DNA of 64,000 nucleotides from Spirochaetia bacterium (lineage in GTDB: Bacteria > Spirochaetota > Spirochaetia > SZUA-6 > Bin103). The notes under the pieces are model-generated. The model was given only the letters and a program-made list of their open reading frames with translations, was not told where the DNA came from and did not search any database. A program made the translations under genes and the position numbers. The stretch is from positions 2,944,001-3,008,000 of the forward strand of contig OZ241863.1 of NCBI GenBank assembly GCA_965203055.1, written 5' to 3'. Below, in pieces: positions 9,658-19,802 of this stretch (within the stretch, counting starts at the first letter, position 1; each line of letters opens with the position of its first letter).

Positions 9658-12165
9658 TCACTCGCTGACGGCTGACCGCCCGTTCGGCTCAGCGCCGGCC
9701 GGCGCCGCAATCTCCACGCTCCAGAGCTGGCCCTGACCGCTGATGAACTGGCCGGTGTCGAGGCGGGCGATCGCGTACTCCGGCAACGGCACCAGCGCCA
9801 CGCACGCTTCGCCCAGCCGCATCCCGTATTCCCGAAAGTCGAAGCCGACGTTCTCGAAGCCGTAAGGCCGATGTTCCGGCGGCAGGTCCCCCTCGTCCGC
9901 CGGAGTCAGGTGCAGGAAGAACCGCTCCCGCAGGTCCTCCGCGGCGCACGGCTCCTTGTAGTACGCCAGCGCGGTTCCGGCGAGATAGAGGTCGAAGGTC
10001 GCGCGCGCGGCCGGCGCTCCCCAGGCGCCGGAACGAATCTCGGCGCGCGCTTCCGGCGCCACCCCTTCAACCGGCGCTCCCCAGACGCCGGAACGAATCT
10101 CGGCGCGCGCTTGCCGATAGCGCTGCGCGGTTGGTCCGGCCGCGAACTCCACGCTCCAGAGCTGGCGTCCGCCCCGCCGAACGAATTGCCCGGTACGGAT
10201 GCGCGTGAACTCGTAGTCGGGCAGTACCACGACCGCCACGCAGGCGCCGCCGCGCCGCACGCCGCCCTCCCAGAGATAGAAGTCCAGGGTCTCGATGCCC
10301 ATCTCCCGCTGGTAGGCGGGCAGATCGGCGGGGTCCGCCGGGAAGACGTGCAGGAAGAACTTCTCCTGCACGTCCTCCGGCGTGCACCGGTCCCTGACGT
10401 AGGTCAGCGTGGCGCCGTCGAGATACAGATCGAAGTGCGAGCTGGCGGTCGGCTCCCCCGACCGGGTGGCGCGGTCCGCTGCCCGGAAGGCGGCGGCGGC
10501 GGTATCGCCTCTCGGCGAGGGGTCGAGGGTCGCCACCGTGAGGATGGTGTTGTGGTAGATGCGGCGCGCGTATACCACCGGCGAGAGCGGGAATCTGCGG
10601 AAGTGATCGGCGCGGGTATGGCTGGTGATGACGTAGTAGCGATGGTCGGCCACGTCGTGCGCGCGGTCGGTGAAGACGATCCTGCGGCGTTCGGCCGCGG
10701 GGAGAATGCGCAGGTTGTTTCTGACGTGCGCGCGCCTCCAGTCGCTCTGCGCAACGACGTGGATGGCTGCCTGCGGATCGTGGCGGAGCAGATACTCCAG
10801 CCCCTCGCGGTACGCCGAACCCCAGTACTCCATCTCGTACCGGGTGCGCAGGTACTCCGGGGTACGGCGGTCGACCAGGAAGTTGAAGTACGCGATCTGA
10901 TGCGGGTGGATCAGCGCCATCTCGACCGCGGCCGCGGCCACGCCCGCCGCGGCCAGCGCGTAGATGCCGCGCCGCAGCCACCGCCGCCGGTGCGCGGCGG
11001 CCAGCAGCCGGCGCAGGCCGTAGACCGCCAGCAGGCACAGCGGAGCGGCCAGGAAGTACATGTGATGCCAGCCTTTGTAGAGGTTGGCGTTGACCGCGAT
11101 GACGGCCGCGATCGACAGAATCGGACAAGCGACCAGCAGCACCCCGAAGCGCGTGACGGGGGTGTTGCGGAGGGCGGCGCGCGGGCGGGTCAGGCCGCGC
11201 GCGAGCACGGCGCCGATCCCGGCCACGCTCAGCAGCAGCGCCGCCGGCGGCGTGGTGATCGCCATCCAGGTCGGCAGGTAGTGCGGAGGAATCTCCGGCC
11301 AGCGCACCACCGTGCCCTGAAACAGCGTCCGAATGCGGGCCGGGTGTTGCGCCAGCGTGACGACGGCGTCGGCCAGCTCCAGCGGGTTGCGCCAGAGGTA
11401 GGGAGAGACCGCGTACAGGGTCGCCGCCGCAGCCAGCAGGAACGCCCCGCCGGTCGCCAGCACCCGCCGCCGCTCCGCCGGCCCGCCGGCCCGGATCAGG
11501 TCGAGCGCCCGCAGCGCCGGCACCGCCGCGCACAGCAGCAGGCCCATGACGCGCAGGTTGACCAGCACGCCCACGCCCAGCCCGCAGAGCGCGAACGCGC
11601 CGGCGGTGTCGCGGCGGAAGGCGCGCTGCACCAGATAGAGCGCGATCATGAACATCGTCAGGAAGGGGATGTCCTTGGTGTTGAAGAAGGAGTGGGCGTA
11701 CAGGCGGGGCTGCAGCAGGAACAGCAGCAGGGCGAACAGCGCCAAGCGGCGGTCGCGGAACAGGCGGAAGGTCAGCAGCCAGCAGAAGAAGCCGCCGGTG
11801 AGGAAGAACAGGTGGGTCAGCAGGTGGCGGCTGAGGTAGACGGCGCGGCTGTCGGTGAGGCCGAGCAGCCGCTCGACCAGTACCAGCGGCGCTTCGAACG
11901 CGACTCCGTAGTACCGGTTGTGGTCGGTCGGCAGGGCGCCGGCGTCGCCCAGCACGTAGGCGATCGCCGCCTGGCCGTAGCTGCGCTGCGCGGACTCGTC
12001 CATCGACACGCCGTAGTCGTCGAGGAGGGCGGCGCCCACCGCCGCGAACGCGATCAGCGCGATCAGCGCGTCGCGCCAGGGCGGCCGCTGAGGCGCATCC
12101 TGTGGCAGTTGCCGCAGTTGCGGCGGGCGGCTCAGTATGATGGCAGGTCCCCTCGCTTCGACCAT
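9658..12165 (-). CDS. GT-C type membrane glycosyltransferase paralog GT2
   Basis: Same architecture as GT1, with a 60-bp tandem duplication (ARAEIRSGxWGAP twice) between the two C-terminal domains. Confidence 0.75.
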   Translation of the reverse strand: MVEARGPAIILSRPPQLRQLPQDAPQRPPWRDALIALIAFAAVGAALLDDYGVSMDESAQRSYGQAAIAYVLGDAGALPTDHNRYYGVAFEAPLVLVERLLGLTDSRAVYLSRHLLTHLFFLTGGFFCWLLTFRLFRDRRLALFALLLFLLQPRLYAHSFFNTKDIPFLTMFMIALYLVQRAFRRDTAGAFALCGLGVGVLVNLRVMGLLLCAAVPALRALDLIRAGGPAERRRVLATGGAFLLAAAATLYAVSPYLWRNPLELADAVVTLAQHPARIRTLFQGTVVRWPEIPPHYLPTWMAITTPPAALLLSVAGIGAVLARGLTRPRAALRNTPVTRFGVLLVACPILSIAAVIAVNANLYKGWHHMYFLAAPLCLLAVYGLRRLLAAAHRRRWLRRGIYALAAAGVAAAAVEMALIHPHQIAYFNFLVDRRTPEYLRTRYEMEYWGSAYREGLEYLLRHDPQAAIHVVAQSDWRRAHVRNNLRILPAAERRRIVFTDRAHDVADHRYYVITSHTRADHFRRFPLSPVVYARRIYHNTILTVATLDPSPRGDTAAAAFRAADRATRSGEPTASSHFDLYLDGATLTYVRDRCTPEDVQEKFFLHVFPADPADLPAYQREMGIETLDFYLWEGGVRRGGACVAVVVLPDYEFTRIRTGQFVRRGGRQLWSVEFAAGPTAQRYRQARAEIRSGVWGAPVEGVAPEARAEIRSGAWGAPAARATFDLYLAGTALAYYKEPCAAEDLRERFFLHLTPADEGDLPPEHRPYGFENVGFDFREYGMRLGEACVALVPLPEYAIARLDTGQFISGQGQLWSVEIAAPAGAEPNGRSAVSE

Positions 12166-12193
12166 GATAGCCTGAGCGCCGCGCCGCTATCAT
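12164..12193. repeat. Intergenic palindrome copy (ATGATA-N18-TATCAT)
   Basis: atgatagc...gctatcat followed by ccgctcatccgcc, as in the other copies. Confidence 0.85.
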
Positions 12194-12265
12194 CCGCTCA
12201 TCCGCCTGCCTCACGGCCCTGCGCCGCGGCCGGCGCCACCCGAATCATTCGGTTGGCACTTCTCG

Positions 12266-12712
12266 CTAGCGTGGCCCGCGCCTGCCCGTGAGCGGATTGC
12301 GCCAGGGGACGTTCCGCAGGCGAACGAAATCGGTGTCGGCGGTATGGACCGTAGCTCGGTACCTGAGCGCCAACGCGCCGATCTGGGCGTCGGTCGTCAG
12401 ACTGCCGCCGGCGCCGGCAGATTCGAGCAGACCGAACGCAACGTCGATGTCGCCGGAGTCATGTTCCAGCAATGTGGTAGCCGGTACCTCCAGCCAGCTA
12501 CGGACGGTCCCGGCGCACTCCTTCAACGACAGCGGCTCGGCGTAGATGCGCGGACTGGTGGACAACCGAATGAACGCGAAGATCACGACCGGCGCCAAGC
12601 CGACCGCTTCCGAGCCATTCAGACACCGCGCCCACCAGTCCGCCGACTCGCGGTGAAAGGGACTGCTCGAGTCGTAGGCGTAGAGGATGAGATTGACGTC
12701 CGGGACGATCAT
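12266..12712 (-). CDS. vapC: PIN-domain toxin VapC
   Basis: MIVPDVNLILYA, TDAQIGALA, HTADTDF, W.NP motifs; ATGA overlap with the antitoxin gene. Confidence 0.9.
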   Translation of the reverse strand: MIVPDVNLILYAYDSSSPFHRESADWWARCLNGSEAVGLAPVVIFAFIRLSTSPRIYAEPLSLKECAGTVRSWLEVPATTLLEHDSGDIDVAFGLLESAGAGGSLTTDAQIGALALRYRATVHTADTDFVRLRNVPWRNPLTGRRGPR

Positions 12713-12981
12713 CGCTCCGCCGGCATGGCTCGATCGGTGACACGGAGGAAGCGCTCCTCCTCCGCGTCCTGTTCGCGCTCATGCATACGGGCAGGGTCGA
12801 CCCCGGTTCGCAGTCCCATAGGCCGCGCATGCACCCGGAACGCCGGTCGCCGCTCCGAGGCTCGTTTCAATCCGTTGCGAATCGCTTCGTTCAGGGTGAC
12901 CTTGAAGCTGCGCTGCGTGCGGCGCATGTCATCGCGGATCATGCGCTCGGTATCATCATCGAGCGTTACCGTAGTCCTCAT
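12709..12981 (-). CDS. vapB: Ribbon-helix-helix antitoxin VapB (90 aa)
   Basis: MRTTVTLDDD...SFKVTLNEAIRNGL, directly upstream of vapC. Confidence 0.85.
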   Translation of the reverse strand: MRTTVTLDDDTERMIRDDMRRTQRSFKVTLNEAIRNGLKRASERRPAFRVHARPMGLRTGVDPARMHEREQDAEEERFLRVTDRAMPAER

Positions 12982-12989
12982 CGTAAGAA

Positions 12990-13020
12990 TCATCATGATG
13001 ACAATGGACGGTGCTGTCAA
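12990..13020 (-). promoter_or_regulatory. vapBC sigma70-type promoter with overlapping palindromic operator
   Basis: TTGACA (13020-13015), 17 nt, CATGAT. A perfect 12-bp palindrome TCATCATGATGA (12990-13001) overlaps the -10. Confidence 0.7.
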
Positions 13021-13049
13021 GAAAGCGCCCCCGGCTGCGGACATGGTTC

Positions 13050-14942
13050 TTACGCGCCGGCCGGCGCCGGGAACTCGACGCTCCAGAGCTCGTCCCCGCT
13101 GAACTGTCCGGTCCTGATGCGGGCGATCGCGTAGTCCGGCAGCGTCACGGACACCAGGCAGGCGCCGTCCCGGAGCACGCCGTGGGTCCAGAACAGGAAA
13201 TCGAGGTTGTCGAATCCCTGATCCCGGCTGCCGGAGGCCAGATCGTCTTCGGCGGCCGGGAAGACGTGCAGAAAGAAGCGCGCCCGGACATCCTCCGGCG
13301 CGCAGGGCGCCTTCGCGTATACCAGCCGCTCCCCTGCCAGATAGAGGTCGAACGCCCCGCCGGCGGCGCGCTGCCGGCCGCGCAGGGTCGCCGCCAGCTC
13401 CTCGAACCTTGCCCGCTCCTTCGCCCGGTAGTAGTCCTGCGCGAACGTCGCGGCATGCGCGTGCGCGGGCGCCGCGGCCGGCGCCCGCAGCATGGTCTCG
13501 CCCATGATCGCCTCGTTGCCGCCGTAGGCCCGGTACCGCGTCGGAAAGCTCGCGCGCGGGGCATGCCAGTGCAGGGTATCGACCCGGAACACTTCGTTGC
13601 CGGCGGCGTCCACCTCCACCACGGAGCGGTTGCCTTCCTGGTCGCCCCGGGTGAAGTTGATCAGGGTATTGCCGTTGCTCAGCCGGTACGCGCTGCCCCG
13701 GCCCGTCAAGTGGATGTCCGGCGTCGGCCGATACTCCCACACCTTCACCGCGGTGCCGGCCGCCTCGTCCAGCCGCAGCTCCAGCGCGCGCGAGTAGGGC
13801 CCGCCCTCGGCGTCGGGCCGCCCCCTGCCGTTGTCGAACAGCAGTACGTTGCCGTTGTCGAGCTGCGCCGCCGTGTGCTGTCCGTAGAACCGGTCGTTCG
13901 GGTCCGGGAACTCGTAATCGCTGTCCGGCCCGTTCAGTTGCCATTCGATCTCCCGCCGGTCGGCGCTGAGCGAAACCACCTGATTGCGATCGCGGAACGA
14001 CAGGACGAGGTTGCCGCGCGGGCCGCTGCTCACCGAGTTGAGGTGCGTCCAACCGAACGGGACTCCGGGTCCGGGGCTGCGCAGGCGCTGCGCCGGGTCG
14101 AGCAGGTCCCAGGCCTCCTTGGAGTCCCATATCTGCTCGATCTGTCCGCTGTTGCGGTCCCAGACGCGCAGATTGTCGATCGTAAACGTGACCGCCGCCG
14201 GCCCGCCGTTCGCCGAGTCGTCGATGACGACGAACTCCCGGCTGGGGTAGATCGCGCGGCCATCGGCGAGCACGGTGACCTCATGGTGCGGAATCCCCGT
14301 TGCGCCGTCCCGCTCCAACCGGTTGACCTCCTCTCCCAATGGGGTGATCTCGACCAAGCCCCTCCCGCGGTCCAGGAAGAGGAAGGTGCCGGCGGGCGTC
14401 TGCGAGATGGCGCTGGGCTGGAACGACCTGGTATCGGGCGCATCGTAGTACCAGACGATTGCGCCCACCTCGTCCCAGAAGAGGAAGTACCCGCGCCGGT
14501 AATCGGACAGGATGAGCGGTTGCGAGCTCCTGCCGCGCACCCGCATCGGAATGGCGGCGAGGCGCAGCGGCAACGGTCCGGTGGTAAACCGGCCGCCCGG
14601 CCCGGCGGCCGCATCGGCGCCGTCGACCGCGGCCTCGTCCGTCACGGAGCCGTCCACCACGAAGATGGTGTAGTCGTAGGTCGTCTCCGGGCGCAGCCGG
14701 ACGAGCGGGATGACGTGCGCCGCGCCCGGCTCGCTCAGCGGCGTGCGGTAGCGGCCGGCCTGCGGGTTGTCGTACTCGACGAACACCCGCGCCGCGCGCG
14801 CCAGCGTTACCCGCACCTCGACGATCAGCGCGTTGCGCTCGCTCACGGACGCGCCGTGCCGCAGGACCGCGGCCGCATCCGCGGACGCCGGCCCCGCGCC
14901 GAGCACGCCGGCCGCGGCCGCCAGACCGAGGATCAAGCTCAT
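13050..14942 (-). CDS. Secreted arylsulfotransferase (ASST-like) paralog 1 with C-terminal two-Cys domain
   Basis: Signal peptide, Ig-like N-domain, PHHE, WTHLNSV, SFR, GQHTA, LLFDNG, SRALEL, L.NGNTLI. Alternative GTG at 14963, coupled to the upstream stop. Confidence 0.8.
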   Translation of the reverse strand: MSLILGLAAAAGVLGAGPASADAAAVLRHGASVSERNALIVEVRVTLARAARVFVEYDNPQAGRYRTPLSEPGAAHVIPLVRLRPETTYDYTIFVVDGSVTDEAAVDGADAAAGPGGRFTTGPLPLRLAAIPMRVRGRSSQPLILSDYRRGYFLFWDEVGAIVWYYDAPDTRSFQPSAISQTPAGTFLFLDRGRGLVEITPLGEEVNRLERDGATGIPHHEVTVLADGRAIYPSREFVVIDDSANGGPAAVTFTIDNLRVWDRNSGQIEQIWDSKEAWDLLDPAQRLRSPGPGVPFGWTHLNSVSSGPRGNLVLSFRDRNQVVSLSADRREIEWQLNGPDSDYEFPDPNDRFYGQHTAAQLDNGNVLLFDNGRGRPDAEGGPYSRALELRLDEAAGTAVKVWEYRPTPDIHLTGRGSAYRLSNGNTLINFTRGDQEGNRSVVEVDAAGNEVFRVDTLHWHAPRASFPTRYRAYGGNEAIMGETMLRAPAAAPAHAHAATFAQDYYRAKERARFEELAATLRGRQRAAGGAFDLYLAGERLVYAKAPCAPEDVRARFFLHVFPAAEDDLASGSRDQGFDNLDFLFWTHGVLRDGACLVSVTLPDYAIARIRTGQFSGDELWSVEFPAPAGA

Positions 14943-14959
14943 GCGGAGCGCCGGATACC

Positions 14960-16942
14960 TCACGGCTGCCGCGCCGCGCCCGGCCGCGCAATCTCCGCAC
15001 TCCAGAGTTCGCCCTCCCCGCTGATGAACTGGCCTGTGCGGAGGCGGGCGATCTCGTACTCGGGGAGCGTCACGGCCGCCAGACACGCGCCTTCCCACAG
15101 CGTTCCCCGGTCCGGGAACGAGAAATCGAGATTTTCGAATCCCTGCTCCCGGCTGCCGGAGGCAAGATCGCCATCGGAGGCCAAATCGCCATCGGCCGGG
15201 AAGACGTGCAGGAAGAACTGCGCCCGGAAATCGGCCCGCGCGCAAGGCTCCTTCGCGTACACCAGCCGGTCCCCGGCCAGATACAGGTCGAACACCCCGC
15301 CGGCGGCGCGCCGCCGGCCGTCCAGGGCGGCCTCCAGTTCGCGGAACCCGGCCAGCTCCTGCGCCAGGTAGTAATCGTCATCGAACGGCTCGGGCGCCGC
15401 CGCCGGCGGGCGCAGCATGGTCTCGCCCATGATCGACTCGATGCCGCCGTAGGCCCGGTACCGCCGCGGGTAGCGCGGGCGCAATTCATACCACTGCCGG
15501 GTATCGACCCGGAACACTTCGTTGCCGGCCGCGTCCACCTCGACGACGGTCAGCGGCAGGGTGTCGAGCGCCCTGGTGGCGGTTCTCACGCCGAAGTTGA
15601 TCAGCGTGTTGCCGTTGCTCAGCCGGTAGGCGCTGCTCTGGCTCGCCGAGTAGATGTCCGGCGTCGGCCGGTATTCCCACACCTTCACCGCGGTGCCGGC
15701 CGCCTCGTCAAGCCGCAGTTCCAGCGCGCGCGAGTAGGCGCCGCCTTCGGCGCCGGGCCGCCCGGAGCCGTTGTCGAACAGCAATACGTTGCCGTTGTCG
15801 AGCTGCGCCGCGGTGTGCTGCCGGTAGAACCGGTCGTTCGGGCTCGGAAACTCGTAGTCGCTGTCCGGCCCGTGCAGTTGCCATTCGATCGCCCGCAGGT
15901 CGGCGCTGAGCGAGACGACCTGACTGCGCGCGCGGGACGAGATGATGAGGTTGCCGCGCGGACCGATGCTCACCGAGTTGAGGTGTATCCAATTGGTAAC
16001 GTCGCCGTTCGGGTCCGGCACGCGCTGGGCCGGGTCCCGAATGTCCCATGCCTCCCGTGGGTCCCAGACCTGTTCGATGCGTCCGCTCGCGCGGTCCCAG
16101 ACGCGCAGCGTGTCGATTCCGAAGGTAACTTCCGCCGGCCCGCCGTTCGCCGAGTCGTCGATGACGACGAACTCCCGGCTCGGGTAGATCACGCGGCCAT
16201 CGGCGAGCAGGGTGACCTCGTGGTGCGGAATCCCCGCGGCGCCGCCCTGCTCGATCCGGGTGACGATCTCACCCAAGGGGGTGATCTCGGTAATCCGCTC
16301 GCGGTCCAGGTAGAGGAAGTTGCCGTCCGGCAACTGAGTGATGGGGCTGAGATGAAACTTCTCGATGGTACCGTAGTACCAGACGGTTCCGCCCAGTTCA
16401 TCCCAGAATACGAAGTACCAGCGGCCGTCGCCGCGCCGGTAATCGGACAGGATGAGCGGCTGCGAGCTTCTGCCGCGCACCTGCATCGCCATGGCGGCGA
16501 GGCGCCGCGGCAGCGGGCCGGTGGTGAACCGGCCGCCCGCCTCGGGCGTGGCATCCGCACCGACCGCCGCGGCGCCGTTCGCCGCGGAGCCCTCCGCCGC
16601 GAAGCCCTCCGCCACGAAGATGGTGTAGTCGTAGGTCGTCTCCGGGCGCAGCCGGACGAGCGGGATGGCGTGCGCTGCGCCCGGTTCGCTCAGCGGCGTG
16701 CGGTACCGCCCGGCCTGCGGGTTGTCGTACTCGACGAACACCCGCGCCGCGCGCGCCAGCGCTACCCGCACCTCGACGATCAGCGCGTTGCGCTCACTGA
16801 CCGACGCGCTGTGGCGCAGGACCGCGGGCGGTGCCGGCGGGGCCGCCGGCCGCGGGGAGGGCGCGGCGCCGAGCATGCCGGACGGCGCGGCCGCCAGACC
16901 GAGGACCAAGCTCATGCGGAGCGCCGTCGAGAGATGCCGCAT
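14960..16942 (-). CDS. Secreted arylsulfotransferase paralog 2
   Basis: Same motifs (WIHLNSV, RQHTA) and C-terminal domain; AGGAGG-like RBS (GGGAGG) before the ATG. Confidence 0.8.
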   Translation of the reverse strand: MRHLSTALRMSLVLGLAAAPSGMLGAAPSPRPAAPPAPPAVLRHSASVSERNALIVEVRVALARAARVFVEYDNPQAGRYRTPLSEPGAAHAIPLVRLRPETTYDYTIFVAEGFAAEGSAANGAAAVGADATPEAGGRFTTGPLPRRLAAMAMQVRGRSSQPLILSDYRRGDGRWYFVFWDELGGTVWYYGTIEKFHLSPITQLPDGNFLYLDRERITEITPLGEIVTRIEQGGAAGIPHHEVTLLADGRVIYPSREFVVIDDSANGGPAEVTFGIDTLRVWDRASGRIEQVWDPREAWDIRDPAQRVPDPNGDVTNWIHLNSVSIGPRGNLIISSRARSQVVSLSADLRAIEWQLHGPDSDYEFPSPNDRFYRQHTAAQLDNGNVLLFDNGSGRPGAEGGAYSRALELRLDEAAGTAVKVWEYRPTPDIYSASQSSAYRLSNGNTLINFGVRTATRALDTLPLTVVEVDAAGNEVFRVDTRQWYELRPRYPRRYRAYGGIESIMGETMLRPPAAAPEPFDDDYYLAQELAGFRELEAALDGRRRAAGGVFDLYLAGDRLVYAKEPCARADFRAQFFLHVFPADGDLASDGDLASGSREQGFENLDFSFPDRGTLWEGACLAAVTLPEYEIARLRTGQFISGEGELWSAEIARPGAARQP

Positions 16943-16972
16943 TGCCTCCCAGGAGATACCGGCCCCGCCGGG

Positions 16973-17953
16973 TCACGTCCGGCGGGCGGTGTTGCCTGCT
17001 ACCCGGTCGAGGAGCTCGGCTCCGGTCGCGCACTCGATGATCCAGATGCCGGCCTGCGCCAAGCGGTCAGGATCGGCGGTCTGCTCCAGCAGCACCGCCA
17101 GCCGTTGCGCCGTGTCGTCGTCGAACTTCCGCGCCGCCATCCGGCACAGCCGCGCGCGCTCCTCCGCCCGCCCCTGCTCCAGGCCGCGCTCGAATCCCCG
17201 GCGCCGTTGCGACCGCAGCAGCGGATCGTGATCCGGTCCGGTGCCCTCCCGCTCGCCGAGCACCGTCCCCACCCGCTCCAGCACCGCACTGGTCTGCGCC
17301 GACAGCATCGGTTCGTTCAACGCCGCGTGGATCTCCTCCGCCTTCCACCCCGGAAACGCCCGGCTCTCCGGCGCCGCCCGGTACGCGCCATCTTTCAGCA
17401 CGTGGATCGTCAGCCCCGGACGCCGGCTTCGCGGGCGGCTCGGCGCGGCCTCGTCCGGCACCTCCACCCATACCTCCGGGAACCCCCACGACTCGTACAA
17501 CCCCAGCTTGCCGCGCCGCACGTCGGTGGTGTGGTCCACCTCCAGCACCACGTCGGGATAGTCATCCACGCCGATCACCATCGCCGACGGCCCCGGCAGC
17601 CGGGCGCTGCCCGGATGCAGGTACACCGACTCGTCGGCCTGCATGATGCTGCGCGGCCCGTCGTGCTGCCGCAGGTCCATCGAGCCATAGCTTTCGATCG
17701 GCGCGCCGCGCACCTGCGCGATCCGCTCGGTGAACCGGGTCAGGCGGCCGGACGGCCGTTCGTGGTAGGGGCTGGCCGGTTCGCAGATCCAGGCGGTTTG
17801 GGTAGCGCCGTCCCAATACTCCAACCGCTGGTCGCTGCGTTCGAGCTCGTCTGCCGGCAGATGGACCGGCGTGCAGCCGGGGAACTCCGGCGCCGCCGGC
17901 GCGGCAGCCGTGTCGGGACGGGGTGGCCCGACGGCGGTCTTGGAAACAGCCAT
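16973..17953 (-). CDS. Uma2/DUF820-type PD-(D/E)XK putative endonuclease, copy 1
   Basis: RLEYWDG, SPYHE, QADES, PDVVLEVD, KLGLYESWGFPEVWV, ESRAFPG; helical C-terminal extension. Confidence 0.8.
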   Translation of the reverse strand: MAVSKTAVGPPRPDTAAAPAAPEFPGCTPVHLPADELERSDQRLEYWDGATQTAWICEPASPYHERPSGRLTRFTERIAQVRGAPIESYGSMDLRQHDGPRSIMQADESVYLHPGSARLPGPSAMVIGVDDYPDVVLEVDHTTDVRRGKLGLYESWGFPEVWVEVPDEAAPSRPRSRRPGLTIHVLKDGAYRAAPESRAFPGWKAEEIHAALNEPMLSAQTSAVLERVGTVLGEREGTGPDHDPLLRSQRRRGFERGLEQGRAEERARLCRMAARKFDDDTAQRLAVLLEQTADPDRLAQAGIWIIECATGAELLDRVAGNTARRT

Positions 17954-18044
17954 GGCGCGCCCAGGGTACGCGGGCCGCTCCGGTCGCGCAACTGCGTGAG
18001 CTGGCCCTGCCCGCTGATGAACTGGCCGGTGCGGGGGCGGGGCG

Positions 18045-19595
18045 TCAGGCGCGGGCCACTTCGAAGGCGGCGATGTTGCGTGCCTCGCGGCTGAACTCCA
18101 CTCCGAGAAGGTGGATCGGTTCGCCCAGCGCGCGGTACTTCTCCGCGTAGCCGCGCGCCTGCAACTGCGCCAGCGCCGCGCCCTCGGGCGCCAGCTCCAC
18201 CACCTTGAACTCGAACAGATAGACGTTGCCACGGTACCGCACCGCCAGATCGACCCGCCCGCGGCTGCTCGAATCTTCCACCGCGACGTCCAGCCCCACC
18301 GCCGCGAACCAGGAGTAGCAGACGCTCGCGTAGTAGCCCTCGTAGCGCGCGATGTCGTTGCGCGTGTGCCACTCGTACGGGATACCGGCGAAGAACGCCC
18401 GGAACAGCGCCTCCAGCCCGGCGAAGTCGTTCGCCGCCAGCAGCCGCTCCAACGCTGTGTCCTGGGTCAGCCGGCGCGCCGCGGCGGGCGCCAGCGCCCG
18501 CAGCAGGCGTTCGTTCAGAGCGAGCCGCACTTCGCGGTTGGGATAGCCGAGCCGGTAGCGCGGTCCGCGCGCCGAGTGCTCGACGCTGCGGATGGTCAGA
18601 TAACCGGTCTGGAACAGCAGTGCCTCAGGCTCCATCTCGTCCACGTCGAACGCGGACAGCAGGTCGCCGCCGGCCAGCATGCCGTCCAGCTCCGGCGAGG
18701 CGACGCCGCGCTCGATCAGCGCGTCGATCAGAAACGACGGCGTACCGGTCTCGAACCAGTACGCCGCGAACGTCCGCTCGTCGAACAGCAGCAGGATGTC
18801 GAACGGGTTGTAGACCCGCTCCTCGCCCAGCCAGTTATAGCCGTTGTACCAGTCGCGGATCTCCTCCCGGTCCAGGCCCGGCAGCTCCGGCGCGAACACC
18901 GTGTCCAGGTCGGCCTCGGTGTAGCCGCAGATCGCCGAGAACTCCGGTTCCAGAGTGAGGTCGATCAGATTGTTGAGGCCGCCGGATAACACGCTAGCCA
19001 TGGAGAACTTGCTCACCCCGGTCAGCAGCGTGAACTCGACGTGCGCGTCGCAGGTCTTGATGGTCGCGTACAGCCCGCGCAGGTAGCGGCGGTTGGCGCG
19101 CGCCGTCTCCTTGTGTTCCAGCACGTCCAGGATCGGCTTGTCGTACTCGTCGACCAGCACCGCCGCCCGCTGCCCGGATCGCTCGTGCAGCGCTTCCAGC
19201 AGGTAGGCCAGCCGGCCCGGCGCGGTGCGGTACTCGGCGGCGATACCCGCGCGCCGCTCGATGGCGGCGAGCTGCTCCATGACGCTGGCTTCGAGCAGGG
19301 CCGGGTCGCGGTAGTCGCCGGCGCCGAAGTCGAGGCGCACCACCGGGCGGCGCTTGGACCACTCCCAGTGGTCGTGGACGTGCAGGCCGCGGAACAGCTC
19401 CTCGCTGCCCTCGAACAGTTCCTTGATGGTGTCGAGCAGCAGGCTCTTGCCGAAGCGGCGCGGGCGCGACAGGAAGTAGTGCGTGCCCTCCTGGGTCAGA
19501 CGGAGGATGAAGGCGGTCTTGTCGACGTAGTAGCAGTCGTCCTCGCGAAGCCTGCGGAAGGTCTGGATGCCGATCGGCAGCTTCCTGCGCGTCAT
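18045..19595 (-). CDS. AAA-ATPase/PD-(D/E)XK copy 3 (divergent central segment)
   Basis: Same motifs as copy 1. In-frame alternative ATG at 19634 behind a Uma2-type promoter. Confidence 0.9.
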   Translation of the reverse strand: MTRRKLPIGIQTFRRLREDDCYYVDKTAFILRLTQEGTHYFLSRPRRFGKSLLLDTIKELFEGSEELFRGLHVHDHWEWSKRRPVVRLDFGAGDYRDPALLEASVMEQLAAIERRAGIAAEYRTAPGRLAYLLEALHERSGQRAAVLVDEYDKPILDVLEHKETARANRRYLRGLYATIKTCDAHVEFTLLTGVSKFSMASVLSGGLNNLIDLTLEPEFSAICGYTEADLDTVFAPELPGLDREEIRDWYNGYNWLGEERVYNPFDILLLFDERTFAAYWFETGTPSFLIDALIERGVASPELDGMLAGGDLLSAFDVDEMEPEALLFQTGYLTIRSVEHSARGPRYRLGYPNREVRLALNERLLRALAPAAARRLTQDTALERLLAANDFAGLEALFRAFFAGIPYEWHTRNDIARYEGYYASVCYSWFAAVGLDVAVEDSSSRGRVDLAVRYRGNVYLFEFKVVELAPEGAALAQLQARGYAEKYRALGEPIHLLGVEFSREARNIAAFEVARA

Positions 19596-19771
19596 GGGCG
19601 CGTCTCGATGCGGCGCAGTCACGGTGACGGCCATGGCGCCACGGTACGCGGGCCGCTGCCGGTCGCGCAACTGCGTACCGGCCCCGGCTCGGTCAACCTC
19701 GGCATTGCAGCGGGAGGCAGAGGGGTCGGTCAGGCCGGTCGTCAGTCGTCAATCAGTCGTCACGCTGGTGG

Positions 19772-19801
19772 TTGACAAGCCGAGGGAGCGGTCTTTAGGT
19801 T
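19772..19801 (+). promoter_or_regulatory. Putative sigma70 promoter of the lipoprotein gene
   Basis: TTGACA-N18-TAGGTT, 15 nt before ATG 19817. Confidence 0.55.
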
Positions 19802-19802
19802 T

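Noticed and set aside
12709..14130. 473-aa ORF
   Set aside because: Only the last 90 codons (from 12981) look real (VapB); the rest overlaps ASST1 out of frame.
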